This document shows positions 50,094-61,508 of a DNA stretch of 64,000 nt, in pieces (the stretch's first letter is position 1; each line of letters starts with the position of its first letter). Position numbers and translations under genes: made by a program. Below the pieces are notes generated by a model, which saw only the letters and a list, made by a program, of their open reading frames with translations, had not been told where the DNA came from and made no database searches. Origin of the DNA: Amoebophrya sp. A120 (lineage: Eukaryota; Protista; Dinoflagellata); contig CAJINV010000003.1 of the NCBI GenBank assembly GCA_905178155.1, positions 4,307,835 through 4,371,834 of the forward strand. The letters run 5' to 3'.

Positions 50094-50755
50094 GTTGATG
50101 CAGGAGCCAAAACAAACTTTCTAAATGACGTTTTACCAAAATCTGACAAGCACGAAACTTGTGTTTGTGAGTGAGAGTGTTGTATAGTCTTTTACAACAT
50201 AAAAGTGGGTCGGAGACGCCTCGGGTGCTAGTGGATATTTATCCCCCTGTTTCATCAGCAGACTCGAGGACATGTTTGCCACATCGTGTACTTCTTTTAT
50301 GTTTTATCTCCGTCAGAAAAGGTCGCTGAGACCCTGCAAGGCCAATCGCTCGGTCGCATCAAGGCAATCACTCTTCTATCACCGCAGCAAACGCATAGAA
50401 AAAAGGAAAATCCGTTGAAAAGCAAAAACGAAAAAAGCCAACAGAAGAATGCACCTGCAAGTGGACTTGTGCATCCACAAAAAGAACCGAAAGGACAGGC
50501 GAAGTAGTTCCAGCAGCTCGCCTCGAATTTCTTTTTTTTAGAAGTGCATGCAATGACGTGCGCGCTTGATGCATTTGCTTCTTCAATCGCTGTATTCTCA
50601 GTGGGAGAAACAGCCTCACACCATCTTTCTCAGGCCTAAAAAAATATGAAACGAATTATTCGAAAACGCACCCGTGCGCCTTCTAGAACCTCTTCCTTGA
50701 ATTCATTTACCTATCATACAAACATACATTAGCACTCTCAATCGGAGCATCCTAG

Positions 50756-52471
50756 TTACTCATCGTGCCCCGGCCAACGGGGCGTCATCTGGTTTGCGTC
50801 TCGGACTGACGGCGTGGTGCGATGGGAGGGGAGCCGCGGCGAAACGAGGCTCAGATTATCTGCCTCGTCATGATCTCCATGCTCGTACAGTTTGCTGTAG
50901 CGCTTTTGCATGCAGTACAAGCCCAGACCGGCCACGGATAGAAACCCGTACACGGCAAGCCCACACAGGCAAAAACCAGCGAAAAGTCCTGCCCGCCACT
51001 GCAGGAAAATGTTGCACTTTCCCCAAGAAACCAGCCAACACCAATGCGCGCCCCAGAGCTGCACGAGCAACGAAAACAGCCAGCTCGCAAAAGCGACCGC
51101 TGCGCCTGTAAAAAAGGTTCTTTGATCGGCTGCACTAGTAATATCTTCCACATAGTACACCTATTACGCATTCATATCCTCAGAATTGCAACGGCGAATA
51201 TTCCTTTCCATTTATCTTGCAACCAAGGAAGTAGATCAAGTTGTGGGATTGTCGAGATGCAAGCATGGTAGAACAATAACCGGCGTTGTACCATTCTCGA
51301 ATCCCCTCCTGGCTATCTCGCACTGCAAGTAGACGTCCGCGCCCGCCACGACCGAACCAAACAGGAGGTAGCCACCGAGCTCGAGACACTGTTCGGGCGC
51401 GGACGCGGAGAGCGGCGGGTCTAGCGTGGCCAGCGGCGTCTCCACCACCTTGTCCAACCGGTCGAGAAACACGAGGTTAAAGAAGCACAGCACGAAAAAC
51501 GGCACCGCGGCCACCCGAAAGTCCTTGTCGCCGATCGCCATCTGCGCGGTGAGCACGAAGATGGTCCCCAGTAGGCAGAGGAACAGCGCAGTTACCGTGT
51601 CCAGGAAGGCCGCCCCGTCCCGCCGATTCGGGTGTCTTGGGTACTTGGGGTTCGCAAACAGGTTCCGAGCTTCAGGGGACAGGGCGGACATGTTCACCGA
51701 ACTGACGTCGTCGTGCACCTTCGCCGCCGTAATATTGGTGTGCCCCACCGGTACGGGCACCACGATTGCGGCGCTGGCCTTCACCGGCGGTAAGTTCAGC
51801 GCCCCGTTCGAGATCGGGTTGTGCCGTAAAAACCACTTCGTACGCTCGTCATTGTCGAAATCAAACTTCTTCTTCGAAGAGCTACTACTGGAAATCTTCT
51901 TTCCGCGGGTCTTATGATCTGTGTGCTCCGTCTGGTGCGATCCGCGACGCGAACGCTGCACGAGAACAGCGGCTTTAGCTTTTTTCCCGTTGGCATTTTC
52001 CACGGAACGAGTTTTCGTTGTGCGATGTTTCGATGCGGCATCAGTGGCAGAAATGTTGCCCATTTGCATTTTCTTCTTCACCGCAGGAGCAGCAGGTACT
52101 GATATAGACCCGACATGATCATGAGCAGCGTTGTCGACCATGTCCTCTTCATCTTCGATTCGATCCGACGCTCCCCGAAACAGGGCGGCTGCGAGAGGTC
52201 GGGTCACTGTTGTCCCTGCGGCTGCACCAAGTCCGTCTAGTGCTTCTTCGTCATCGTCTGTTGCTATGTCCAGCAAATTGGTAAGATCACCAGGCGCTTT
52301 CGGCTTACCGGCGAAAAACGACGAGAGATACGACAAGCGCCTCGGCCGCGAACGTTCAAGCGTTCCGCTCGAAGCCGTTGCTGGAACTATCGCCGATGGC
52401 CACAAGACTGAAGAAGGTACCAGGAGTAGGCAGCACGGCAACACACCGTGACACCGCGAGCGCTGCTGCAT
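50756..52471 (-). CDS. Membrane protein with signal peptide and several C-terminal transmembrane helices
   Basis: Hydrophobic N-terminus and a low-complexity stalk, then TM-like segments (ALFLCLLGTIFVLTA, VAAVPFFVLCFFNLVF, GGYLLFGSVVAG). A second exon (50756-51145) has FFTGAAVAFASWLF and AGLFAGFCLCGLAVYGF. Confidence 0.65.
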
Positions 52472-53273
52472 CGGCGCGCCGACAAAACGACCACAAGAAC
52501 ACCCTTATTGTCCACGACTACCCTGGATCATCAAGAGACGAGCGAGGAAGGAAGCGAGCCCGCAGGTGATGTAAAGAAACCATGCACATTGGCATGGTCT
52601 TCGTCCGCAGCACCAGAAACACTTGTTCAGAGTGAATAGATTCTTCTCAATTCTCCCTAGTAATCAAAGAGAAAAAATTGTGTCGAGAAAAATGATCCGC
52701 ACCGAATCACCGCTTCGGTGTTTCGAAGAGCAAGGGAGCCAACTCGCATTTGTATTTTTCGCGTTGACGTTGCAGCTCTCAGCAACTGCATGACGTGCTC
52801 ATGTTGCCCCAGGCTCACTCTTCGCACCTCCTGAACAACAGCATCAGGATTCAAATCTGATACACCTGTGCAATTTCGTTGGCAACAACCTATTTGACGG
52901 AAATTTCCAATTCGACGCAGCGGTCTCCTTTTTATCTGAAAGAATTGTTTTGCAAGCTAAGCACTCAATGTGATCTCAACACATAATTTCGCTTTTAATT
53001 CATACCTCAAGAAGATGAAAGAGACGCACAGTTGTCATATTCTCGGGACCATGTATTCCTCGCTACCGCCTTTTTTTTCATTTTTGTAGATTTCCGCAGC
53101 CGCCGAACTACGAATACATTCAACCTTTTGCCATGGTGTATGGCCAAGACACTACATTTTCAGAAACAAGGATTGTGGATGACACAAAACTCGATGAAAC
53201 AAATATCAGCCAACTTGAATATGCGTCGAAGAAGTTCGTTATCGTCTAGGTGTATCGTATACATTTACGATAC

Positions 53274-55985
53274 TCAAATATGCAAAGTTTCGTTGACCGC
53301 GGTGGCACTGACTGAGTTGGATGAAGGTGCTTGTTCCGCTGGTTGTTCGTCATACAGAGCGGCAATCGAGGGCAGGTGAACACGCTGAAAAAAGCGGCCA
53401 CTTCCGTTCGGCAAAGACACCACGGAATGCAGATACCGCATGATTCCAGTTCGCTTCCGACGGTTCTTCGTGCTGCCCGACCGCGGGCGGCCTTTATTCG
53501 ACCGACTACTTGCTCGCCCCATCGGTGCGGCCGCCACCACCGCACCACCGGTGCTGCCTTCCGCATCTGCGTCGTGCGCCGACAAGGTTTCGTTCTCAGG
53601 GACCAGCAGAGCCACCGGGCTGCGTCCGGTTCGTCTTTTGCGCTGTGAAGGCGGGCGCGCGCAAAACTGCATTTTCTTACGGGTGAGGCTCGAAGAGCTC
53701 TTGTGCAGAACGCCCGAGAAAGGACCGCTGGTGCAGTCTTTACTTCTTGCCCGGGAAGATCCTCTGCTATGTGCAGCCACGTGGGCGGTTTTCGATGGCA
53801 CGTACAGTCGCCGCCTGAGCAGGGCCGGACTCGCACCCCGCCCACCTCGGCCATCGAACGTAGACGAAAAATCTGAATCCGGCGAACCAGACGGTACTGA
53901 AGCAGCAGGTGCGTGGTCTCCGGCGTGCACCAACCGTCTTCGCCGTACATCTTCGACGACGCTCCTGCGCTCTTCCTGGCTTTCATCCTCAGTAGCTTCC
54001 TTGGGCTCGCCGGGCTGGTGAACTACTAGTGAAGAGGTCACGGATGCGGTATCGTCATGGGCTGCTGAAAAGGTCCCGGATAGTACGGCATCCTGCATCG
54101 TCGCGGGCAGCTCTTGTGGGGTGTCTTCTTTCTCGGTCATCGCTCCAGTGGTCGAAGATACGTAGTTCCCTAAATTGTGTGGTTCGACGTGCGTTGCGGA
54201 GCTCGGAACCACTTCGTCCTCGGAGCTTTCGTCTGATGGCTTCAAATGCTGTTCATTCGCTTCCAGCAACTCGGCCATTGCTCTTTCGTAGGTAGAGCTC
54301 TGACGGAACTCCGCTCCACGCGGCCCCGTGGCCCCGAAAAGAGCAACACCAAGATCAGACCGAGGCGCTACGAAGCCGTTCTGCTGTAATCGCGCTCGAA
54401 TGGACGACCTGTCGCCCAGAAGTCGCTTGTTGTTTCGTTCCTGTCTTCGCATCCAGTCCGGTACCGGGGTTCTCGTCTTCTCTTCGAGCGCTTTCTGCAC
54501 TTCCAGCAACCACGCATCAGCAAACCCGGCCTTGTCACCCGGTGACTTCAAAACCAGTTCACGATTGCGGTCACGTTGCTGCCTCATCCAGAGCGGCATA
54601 GATGCGGCGTCAGAATCCTCGGTTGCCATGAGGCCGGTATCGCTCGTAGCCACGCCAGCGCTGCTCGCCGTTGCGGCGGGAGAATGTGCGGATACGTTGG
54701 GACTGTTTGTCGTGGCGCCGGAATCATTTTCCATTGCGCATGGAGGGTGGGAGTCGTTGTGCTCGCATCCCGTCCCGCCATCTGTGGCCTCTCGTGAAAC
54801 AACCGCACCGGCGCACTCCTCTGCTACCTCGCGCATCGACGATTCGGTCTCCCGCGGCGTTGCGATAGAGGTACTGTTGAAAAACTTCTCCTCGTTCTCG
54901 AAAACGGGAGACCAGTATCGTGACCAAGAAATTATTTGCTCCAAACCGATAAGCTCATCCGCACTCTCATCTGCCCTAAATGCGTTTTTGGCGTCGTGAG
55001 CAGTTTTCGGCGTGGAACTATCGGTGTCCCACGAAGCGGACGCGTCCTGTGCCTCGTGCAGCGACTTCTCCTGGGAGGTCCACAAATCGTCACTTGTCTT
55101 CTGTGCAAGGATTGCAGGTTCTGACGCTGCCATCTTCGACTTGCCTTCCGCGGACGTCGTCGAGCCTGTCTCAAAAACGCTCTCCTTATTTACCTTCACG
55201 AAGAAATTCCTTGGTCGGAGGTAATTGCTGGTACCGTTCGAAGGTCTAATATGCACGGTATCGTCGCCGCGAGTCGTGTCTTTCTTACTGTCGAGCGCCT
55301 CCGCACTATGGCTCGTAGTATCTTCGGAAGAAGAAAATTGAGAGGAGCTGCGCGATCGGGGACGCATCAGGTGCTTTCTAATGCCTGGGTGACAAAAACG
55401 CATCAGCGGGTTCACAACTTGAACTTCCCCCGCAGAAGTTTCTCTCGGATGACTATCTGCCTGTCGGCACTCGCGTTCTCTCCCGCGATCACCACTCCGG
55501 CCAGGCGCTGCCGAGCCAACGTGGCCAGTGAGGGACAGCTCAGACAAGTTGGCAGCAAGGGACTCGGGCGATACTTCCCGTGATGCCGACAACCTTGCAT
55601 CATCTTCCGTCGCCGGCTTCTCGTGGTTTTCAAAGCCGCCAACACCTGCTGCACATGGCCCTGCTGCAGGCAACGTAGGTATGCGAACGCTAGTGTCGTT
55701 GGTACAAATCGTGTGACAACCTGGCGAACTGTCGCCTCTGGCGCTGTGAAAGTCTGTCTCAGCAGTGTCCTCACACGAAATTCCTGCGGGCGATTGCTTT
55801 TCCTTCGTCACGGATGAAGCAGATGGGTAGAGCACGGAACGGTCTTGGTAAAACAGCTCGGGCTCAGCAGCGAACGTGTTTTGGTCGAAATGTTCTAGAC
55901 CTGCAAGCTGCGCGCCCGAGATTGTGTGTACCAAGGACGAGGCAACGAGTCCAACAAAGCGGACCAGCAACGCGCAAACAGGCAT
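53274..55985 (-). CDS. Hypothetical low-complexity protein with signal-peptide-like N-terminus (903 aa)
   Basis: Single long ORF starting MPVCALLVRFVGLVASSLVHTISGA, with an internal repeat PLWMRQQRDRN / PDWMRRQERNN. Confidence 0.7.
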   Translation of the reverse strand: MPVCALLVRFVGLVASSLVHTISGAQLAGLEHFDQNTFAAEPELFYQDRSVLYPSASSVTKEKQSPAGISCEDTAETDFHSARGDSSPGCHTICTNDTSVRIPTLPAAGPCAAGVGGFENHEKPATEDDARLSASREVSPESLAANLSELSLTGHVGSAAPGRSGDRGRERECRQADSHPRETSAGEVQVVNPLMRFCHPGIRKHLMRPRSRSSSQFSSSEDTTSHSAEALDSKKDTTRGDDTVHIRPSNGTSNYLRPRNFFVKVNKESVFETGSTTSAEGKSKMAASEPAILAQKTSDDLWTSQEKSLHEAQDASASWDTDSSTPKTAHDAKNAFRADESADELIGLEQIISWSRYWSPVFENEEKFFNSTSIATPRETESSMREVAEECAGAVVSREATDGGTGCEHNDSHPPCAMENDSGATTNSPNVSAHSPAATASSAGVATSDTGLMATEDSDAASMPLWMRQQRDRNRELVLKSPGDKAGFADAWLLEVQKALEEKTRTPVPDWMRRQERNNKRLLGDRSSIRARLQQNGFVAPRSDLGVALFGATGPRGAEFRQSSTYERAMAELLEANEQHLKPSDESSEDEVVPSSATHVEPHNLGNYVSSTTGAMTEKEDTPQELPATMQDAVLSGTFSAAHDDTASVTSSLVVHQPGEPKEATEDESQEERRSVVEDVRRRRLVHAGDHAPAASVPSGSPDSDFSSTFDGRGGRGASPALLRRRLYVPSKTAHVAAHSRGSSRARSKDCTSGPFSGVLHKSSSSLTRKKMQFCARPPSQRKRRTGRSPVALLVPENETLSAHDADAEGSTGGAVVAAAPMGRASSRSNKGRPRSGSTKNRRKRTGIMRYLHSVVSLPNGSGRFFQRVHLPSIAALYDEQPAEQAPSSNSVSATAVNETLHI

Positions 55986-56499
55986 CTTGCGATGGTCTCT
56001 ACATCCTATCAGCTGCGGTCAGCAACTCATGTTCACTCTATTCCTGTCTCTCGCACTCCTGTTCGGGCAATTTAAATCCTCACTGTGAGTGTCCTGGGTC
56101 TCGCACCATGAATTTTTCGGCCTCACATGCCCTCGGACCGCCATGATCAATCTCTTGATTGCAATCACGCCTACGCTGAAAGTGCGCAGTGGAACCACAC
56201 CACCCCATTTGCAAGTAAGTGATGTACAAAACCATTGTGGAAGGCCTATGGTATCATACAAAGACTTCTAAGCACCTTGTTGAGAATGTGCAACAGCTAA
56301 GTAACACGCCACGGAAGTAGCTTCACCTTCATCTTACAGTATAAAGAAGGGCAGTCCGATCTTTTCGTTTACCCCTTGCTTGATGACACAATCATACTTT
56401 GTACATGTGACTCTTCGGTTACTGAGCACCAAACGCGAAACAAGCACCTCCTTTGCTGAATGCGAAGCACGTCTTGGTAAAACCCACACCAGTGAACAA

Positions 56500-56640
56500 A
56501 AATGATACGATACGATGCTACAATGATACGATTTGAGGTTTTTTTTAGGTGAAATGATACAATGATACGATACAAAAAACAACACGCTACCAATTTGATA
56601 CGATAAAGATTCAATTTCAGTGTTACAATGATACGATACA
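56500..56640. repeat. Cluster of about six (A)TGATACGAT motifs
   Basis: Direct copies near 56502, 56523, 56554, 56562, 56596 and 56628 in intergenic DNA. Confidence 0.7.
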
Positions 56641-56799
56641 GAAGCATGCGTGCTCTCCCAAGAAAGCTTCTATCAGCTTAAAAGATTCTTACGCTCGCGC
56701 ACTAGGCATCAAAAACATAAAGATAAACTAGTTCCGTGTAGCACGGCGGAACGAGAGAACGCAAATGTGTCAGAATTGCGAAACAAATTGCTAAAGTTT

Positions 56800-57411
56800 T
56801 TATGCTTCGCAGTTGCCGATCTGGTAACTGAGGAAGTGCTGCATGCCTGCTGGGGCTCCCTCGCTCCCGGGCGAGAACTCCTCACACGTCGAGGCGGGCT
56901 TGGACGAGTCGCAGGCACCGATCTCCAGCGGGCTGACGGAACCAGCTTGGCAGTCGTTCCACAGGAACAAGGTGACTTTCAGGTTCACGCCGCACACCTA
57001 TTCAGATTTAAATTTTGTAAAGTTGATCTTGATTTAGATTGAGACAAAAGAAACACGGTAGACCTACAGTCCTTCACTATATAGCTTCAGCATGTCTGTT
57101 ATCTTTTAGTTCGCACGAACATTTAAGATCGTGCTTTCAAAATACGTAGACTATCACAAATTCCGTACCTTGATGCGCGGTTCCGTCGAGCTTTCCCTGT
57201 AGTTGGCAGAGACTTTCTGGCAATCCATCGACGATTGCGACCCACCAACACCTGCACCGAAAATCTTGTTATCGCTAAAGTAAACCTCGCCGGTCACCGT
57301 GGCATTCGTCGCTTTCTGCACAAGATCCATGTGATGTGTGTTGCTTCGGCTGAGCAGGGACCGCGCTTCGGCTGACACAGCCGCCAGGGCGGTCAGTAAA
57401 AAGACACGCAT
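56800..57411 (-). CDS. Small secreted cysteine-containing protein (2 exons, ~146 aa)
   Basis: Signal peptide MRVFLLTALAAVSAEA. GT-AG intron 57168-56998 joins EPRIK to VCGVNLKV. Six cysteines in the mature part. Confidence 0.8.
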
Positions 57412-57926
57412 GATCTCCTTCCTATTCTAGCTGCAACTACACAAGCCCCCTTTTCCTAACGCTTCAAAGTTTCGATCGTCATGGGCCTCCGATGTAAGTG
57501 GTTCTAGTGCGAGCGCGAATGATCTTCAGAATGAAACTTAAACGGATCAAAAAGCCGCACACTGTAGCTGATCTTTCGAATCGGAAAGAAACAAACCAAA
57601 AGAGCGCAACACCGTGTTGCCAACATAAAAAGAAACGGCGATCTGCAATCGCATGCAGCATCCTTTACTGCATCGAGGACAACGACAACCCGATCAACAT
57701 TAGGCAAATTAGATTCTCGCAGCGAAAAAGCCGCACTACTGTTTTCTTTCGTTGTGAGTTATCATCACACATGCGCTGCAGGGGCCAGAGCGAGATTACA
57801 GCAAAATTGTCTTTAGATGTGTCAATTCAAGGGCGGCATGTTCTGGTGCCAGTACAGAAGATTCCAATGCGCACGGCTACTTACGCGGCTAGGTGAAACC
57901 GGCCGCTCGCTACACACCCTATCGTC

Positions 57927-60797
57927 CTATACCATACCTGCGCCATGAGTCTTTTCATGCTTTGGCGCCTCGGCTTCCTCATCGAAAAAATCTGCCACTT
58001 CAGACCCTTGCGCGGTAATTTCGTATGCCACAAATTCTCCACCCTGTAGGCTTTCGCGCTCTCGCTCAACAATGCGGTCGCTGAAAACTCTGTGAGGATG
58101 CTGCAATCCCAAATGAACGAAAGCGTCAAGAATTGCGATATCTTGAAAATCCTCACTGTTCTTGAGTGTGTCCTTCTTTAGTTCGCCACCGGATTCCTTG
58201 CTCGCCCGTGAAGTCGTGGGGCTCGCTCTCTCAGCTCTACCTCCAGCGGCAATCAAGGGCGATAGCTGCACGAAGGCGAAGCCGAGTAAATCAAATACTG
58301 CTTGGTCCGCAATGTCCACTTTCCGATACGCAGTCGCCAGTTGAGCTATTTCCTGCTTCGACATAGGTTGTCCGCCATCTCGCTGCCCACGGGTCGCGCA
58401 TCCGGACAAAAGTTGTGGGTTGTCCACAACTTTTCTTGACAGAGCATCGAAAAATGCGCGCGTGCTGCTCGACGCTGAGTGTTTTTCCAGCTGCTCGGCC
58501 CACCGCGCGACACCGAGAGCCGCCTGCGCCAAGCTTTTAAGACACCAGTTTCGATCTGGGCAGGAAAGTGTCTGAGCCAGAGCATCCACGTGTTCGTCAA
58601 CTCTGGCTGTTACTTTCGCTGCGGCGTCGATATCCGACGCACCTGATCCGATATCCACATCCTGGGCGCGCGAGGACAACATCCTATTTGGTGGCGCAAA
58701 AAAGAGGGCCCTCCCAGACTTGCTCATGTCGAGGCTTCCGCGCGCGCACCGCAAACTTTCCGTGAGTACGTGGAGCGCAGGCGCCCAAAAGTCCGGATGC
58801 GAAATCCGCAAATGGCCTGCCGCCCACATGATTGCTGGCAAGGCATGACCGTGGAACGCGCAAGCAATCTGAGCTGCTTGCACGAAGACGGGTGTAGCTA
58901 CCTCTCCTATCGTTGGAAGATGTTTCATCTGCGCCGTTTCTGTGCTGCTCATTGTGGTTCCAGGACTGTTTTTCTTTTTCTTTGCTGCAACACGGAGCGT
59001 GTAGTCGTGCTGTGGAAAAAGTTTCGGCAGGGCCGAAAGCAGCAGTACAAAGTCCATCGTTTCGAACTTTGCAGGGTCGGTCTGCGCCAAGCTCAGATAG
59101 CATGCCTCCCTCAGGTCCTCGAAATTGTCGAAGGTTTCCAACTTCAAGCGGACCACGAGGGCGTGGACGATGCTGGGCAAGTAGTTCGGCAACAGGAACG
59201 CAGACGCACTCTCTGGCTTGGTTCTCGATTTTTTGTTCGCAGGGGCAACGGCATGCGGCGTCGAACGGTTTTTTTCTGGTCCTGCCGCAGTAGGCCAGGA
59301 CTCCGGTTCGCTTAGTACGCCGTCCGCTGTACAAAACTCACCTGCTGGTTGTACGCGGACTAGGCCCGTGCTCCGTTGCTTCCTCCACTTCTCGACACCA
59401 TCCACAAAAGGAGACACGGAGCAGAGCTGTCTCGCCCGGCGGCAAAGGAGGCTTATTACGTGCGGCGCGTCCGTGCATTGCACGCGGGCAAAGGCATTGG
59501 CTATCATGGCAACGTGAGATTGTTCGAACCTCTCTGTCAACCTCTCGTACGGAAGCTGGTGAAACAGCTCCGCGTTGTAGTAATCGAGCTTGCCAAAGCC
59601 GTTCAGGAAATTTGCAACGTCGATCGCATTGACGCTGAGAGGCGCGACGAAGTTAATCTGCTGGCACAGATGCTGATTCATTTTCCGTCGCGGTATCTTG
59701 CCGTGTTCCCCATGCTGCTCCATCGGTAAAAGGAAGTGCACAACGTAGCTGCACAACTTGTCAAGGAAAGCGTCATGCCGAACTTGCAGTCTTCCGAAAG
59801 CGTTCACCAGCATCGCAGCACTTCTTGCAGAAATCAAGATCTGCAGGTCCCGAGCAGAGGTGGCTGCGCCGTCATCTGACGAAAACGAACTTGGCTCTTC
59901 TGGTGTTATGCTTGCTAACACCGCGTCACAGTTTATCTCGGGTTTGCGTGCCGTCTGTGACTCGGGATTTCGATTTCCACTTTCAAAGCGCTCCGCAGGG
60001 AGGGATGAACCAGTTTCGATTTCCATGTCACTTTTCCCGACCCCAATCCCCTTCGATTGAGAGATTTGGAATGTCGTGATCTCGTCAAGCTCATCCAAGC
60101 GGACAACCACTTCATCCGCAAGGCGCTTGAGAAAATCCACGTCGCGGTCCTTGGCCACTGCGAATGCGTTCGCGATGGTGGCCAGTGTGTCGCCGGACTC
60201 GCAGAGGTTCAGGTCGACGACCTCCGTCAGACCCTTCCACAGCTTGTCGAGGACTTGTTGCTGCCCGTGCAGCTCGCTCGTTCTGCCATGTTGCCCGCGG
60301 CCGTGCCACTTGCTCCGTGCAACGTGATTCAAAATCATGGCGATTTCTCCAGGCCGCAACAGCTCGCGAAAAGTCAAAAATTGATCCGCGAAGGATGACA
60401 GCTGTTCGCGTGGCATGATCTTTCGCGCAGATTTCTGTGCCGCCAGAAACATTTCGTGAAATTCCACACACAAACGGGTTAGTTGTGTCGGAGTGTTTGC
60501 CGCCTGCGTTGCAGATGAAGTGGACTCAACCGCTACAACTCGCGACGTTCCTGGTTCTTGCAACATGTTCTGCCCCCTCGTGACTCCATCCAAATCCGGT
60601 GACGCAGATGAGATGTATCGTCTGCGGTCACTCGACACGCTCCGGCTGGCACACGCACCGCCGAAAAAGAGCCCCTGTTGCTGTACATCACCATCGTAGC
60701 CTCGGCGCGACAAGCGGACTATTGTGACCAGCTGCGACGACCCGTTATGTCGCTGGGCGTTTGAGAGAAGATCAATCCTGTAACGAACAGGGGCCAT
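57927..60797 (-). CDS. Helical-repeat RNA-binding protein (HPR/OPR/FASTK-like), probably organellar
   Basis: 956-aa ORF with recurring motifs EIAMILNHVA, TLATIANAFA, SAAMLVNAFGRL, DVANFLNGFGKL, HVAMIANAFARV and EIAQLATAYRKV. Arg/Ser-rich N-terminus. Confidence 0.7.
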   Translation of the reverse strand: MAPVRYRIDLLSNAQRHNGSSQLVTIVRLSRRGYDGDVQQQGLFFGGACASRSVSSDRRRYISSASPDLDGVTRGQNMLQEPGTSRVVAVESTSSATQAANTPTQLTRLCVEFHEMFLAAQKSARKIMPREQLSSFADQFLTFRELLRPGEIAMILNHVARSKWHGRGQHGRTSELHGQQQVLDKLWKGLTEVVDLNLCESGDTLATIANAFAVAKDRDVDFLKRLADEVVVRLDELDEITTFQISQSKGIGVGKSDMEIETGSSLPAERFESGNRNPESQTARKPEINCDAVLASITPEEPSSFSSDDGAATSARDLQILISARSAAMLVNAFGRLQVRHDAFLDKLCSYVVHFLLPMEQHGEHGKIPRRKMNQHLCQQINFVAPLSVNAIDVANFLNGFGKLDYYNAELFHQLPYERLTERFEQSHVAMIANAFARVQCTDAPHVISLLCRRARQLCSVSPFVDGVEKWRKQRSTGLVRVQPAGEFCTADGVLSEPESWPTAAGPEKNRSTPHAVAPANKKSRTKPESASAFLLPNYLPSIVHALVVRLKLETFDNFEDLREACYLSLAQTDPAKFETMDFVLLLSALPKLFPQHDYTLRVAAKKKKNSPGTTMSSTETAQMKHLPTIGEVATPVFVQAAQIACAFHGHALPAIMWAAGHLRISHPDFWAPALHVLTESLRCARGSLDMSKSGRALFFAPPNRMLSSRAQDVDIGSGASDIDAAAKVTARVDEHVDALAQTLSCPDRNWCLKSLAQAALGVARWAEQLEKHSASSSTRAFFDALSRKVVDNPQLLSGCATRGQRDGGQPMSKQEIAQLATAYRKVDIADQAVFDLLGFAFVQLSPLIAAGGRAERASPTTSRASKESGGELKKDTLKNSEDFQDIAILDAFVHLGLQHPHRVFSDRIVERERESLQGGEFVAYEITAQGSEVADFFDEEAEAPKHEKTHGAGMV

Positions 60798-61508
60798 GTT
60801 TTTTGTGTCGTTTGTTACGACGCTCTAGAAGAAGTAGCTACAATACGTCTGGCATCCGTGCTCCTGCGACTGACTGCAGGTGAAAATCATTGACCAAAGT
60901 TGAAACTGCTTTAGATTTTCAAGCTCAGATCACACCCACAATGGACAACGACGAGGACGAGGACATGAACACATCATTAACATGCATTGCTTGGACTGTT
61001 TTTGAGGTTCATGTCCCACGGAAGCCGCTGCGAGAATTACGACATCAAAAAGGAACAGGATTGGAACAGACCGTCGGAAATAACTGCGAGACTTCTGCGC
61101 CACCGCCAGGGTGATGGAAGCATAGTTTTAGAAAAGTGATTTGCTGCGGATCGTCCGAGATTGACAAAAATCACTAGCAGGTAGAACCGTTTTTATAGAA
61201 AGGTTTCTGAGCAGCGCGACAAGGACCACTCGGGAAGGTTCTTGTGGCTCAGCTGCGACGCTGTAGTAGGGTTACTTCAATTCTTCTTTAGTTTCTGGGC
61301 GTAAGTGGGGGGAACCTGATCATACCCAACTGCTACTTAGCGGAGTTAGTATAGTGTGTGAGAAGTGCGGGGGTTCGCATAATCTCCTGATCGAAAATAA
61401 CAGTGTTTCAGTCGGTTGTCGTGGTGGAGTTCACCTCGACAAAGAATTTTTACCTCCAATAAATAGTTTAACAGTAAGTGCCAAAGCTTCTGCGCACTTA
61501 CCTCAGCA

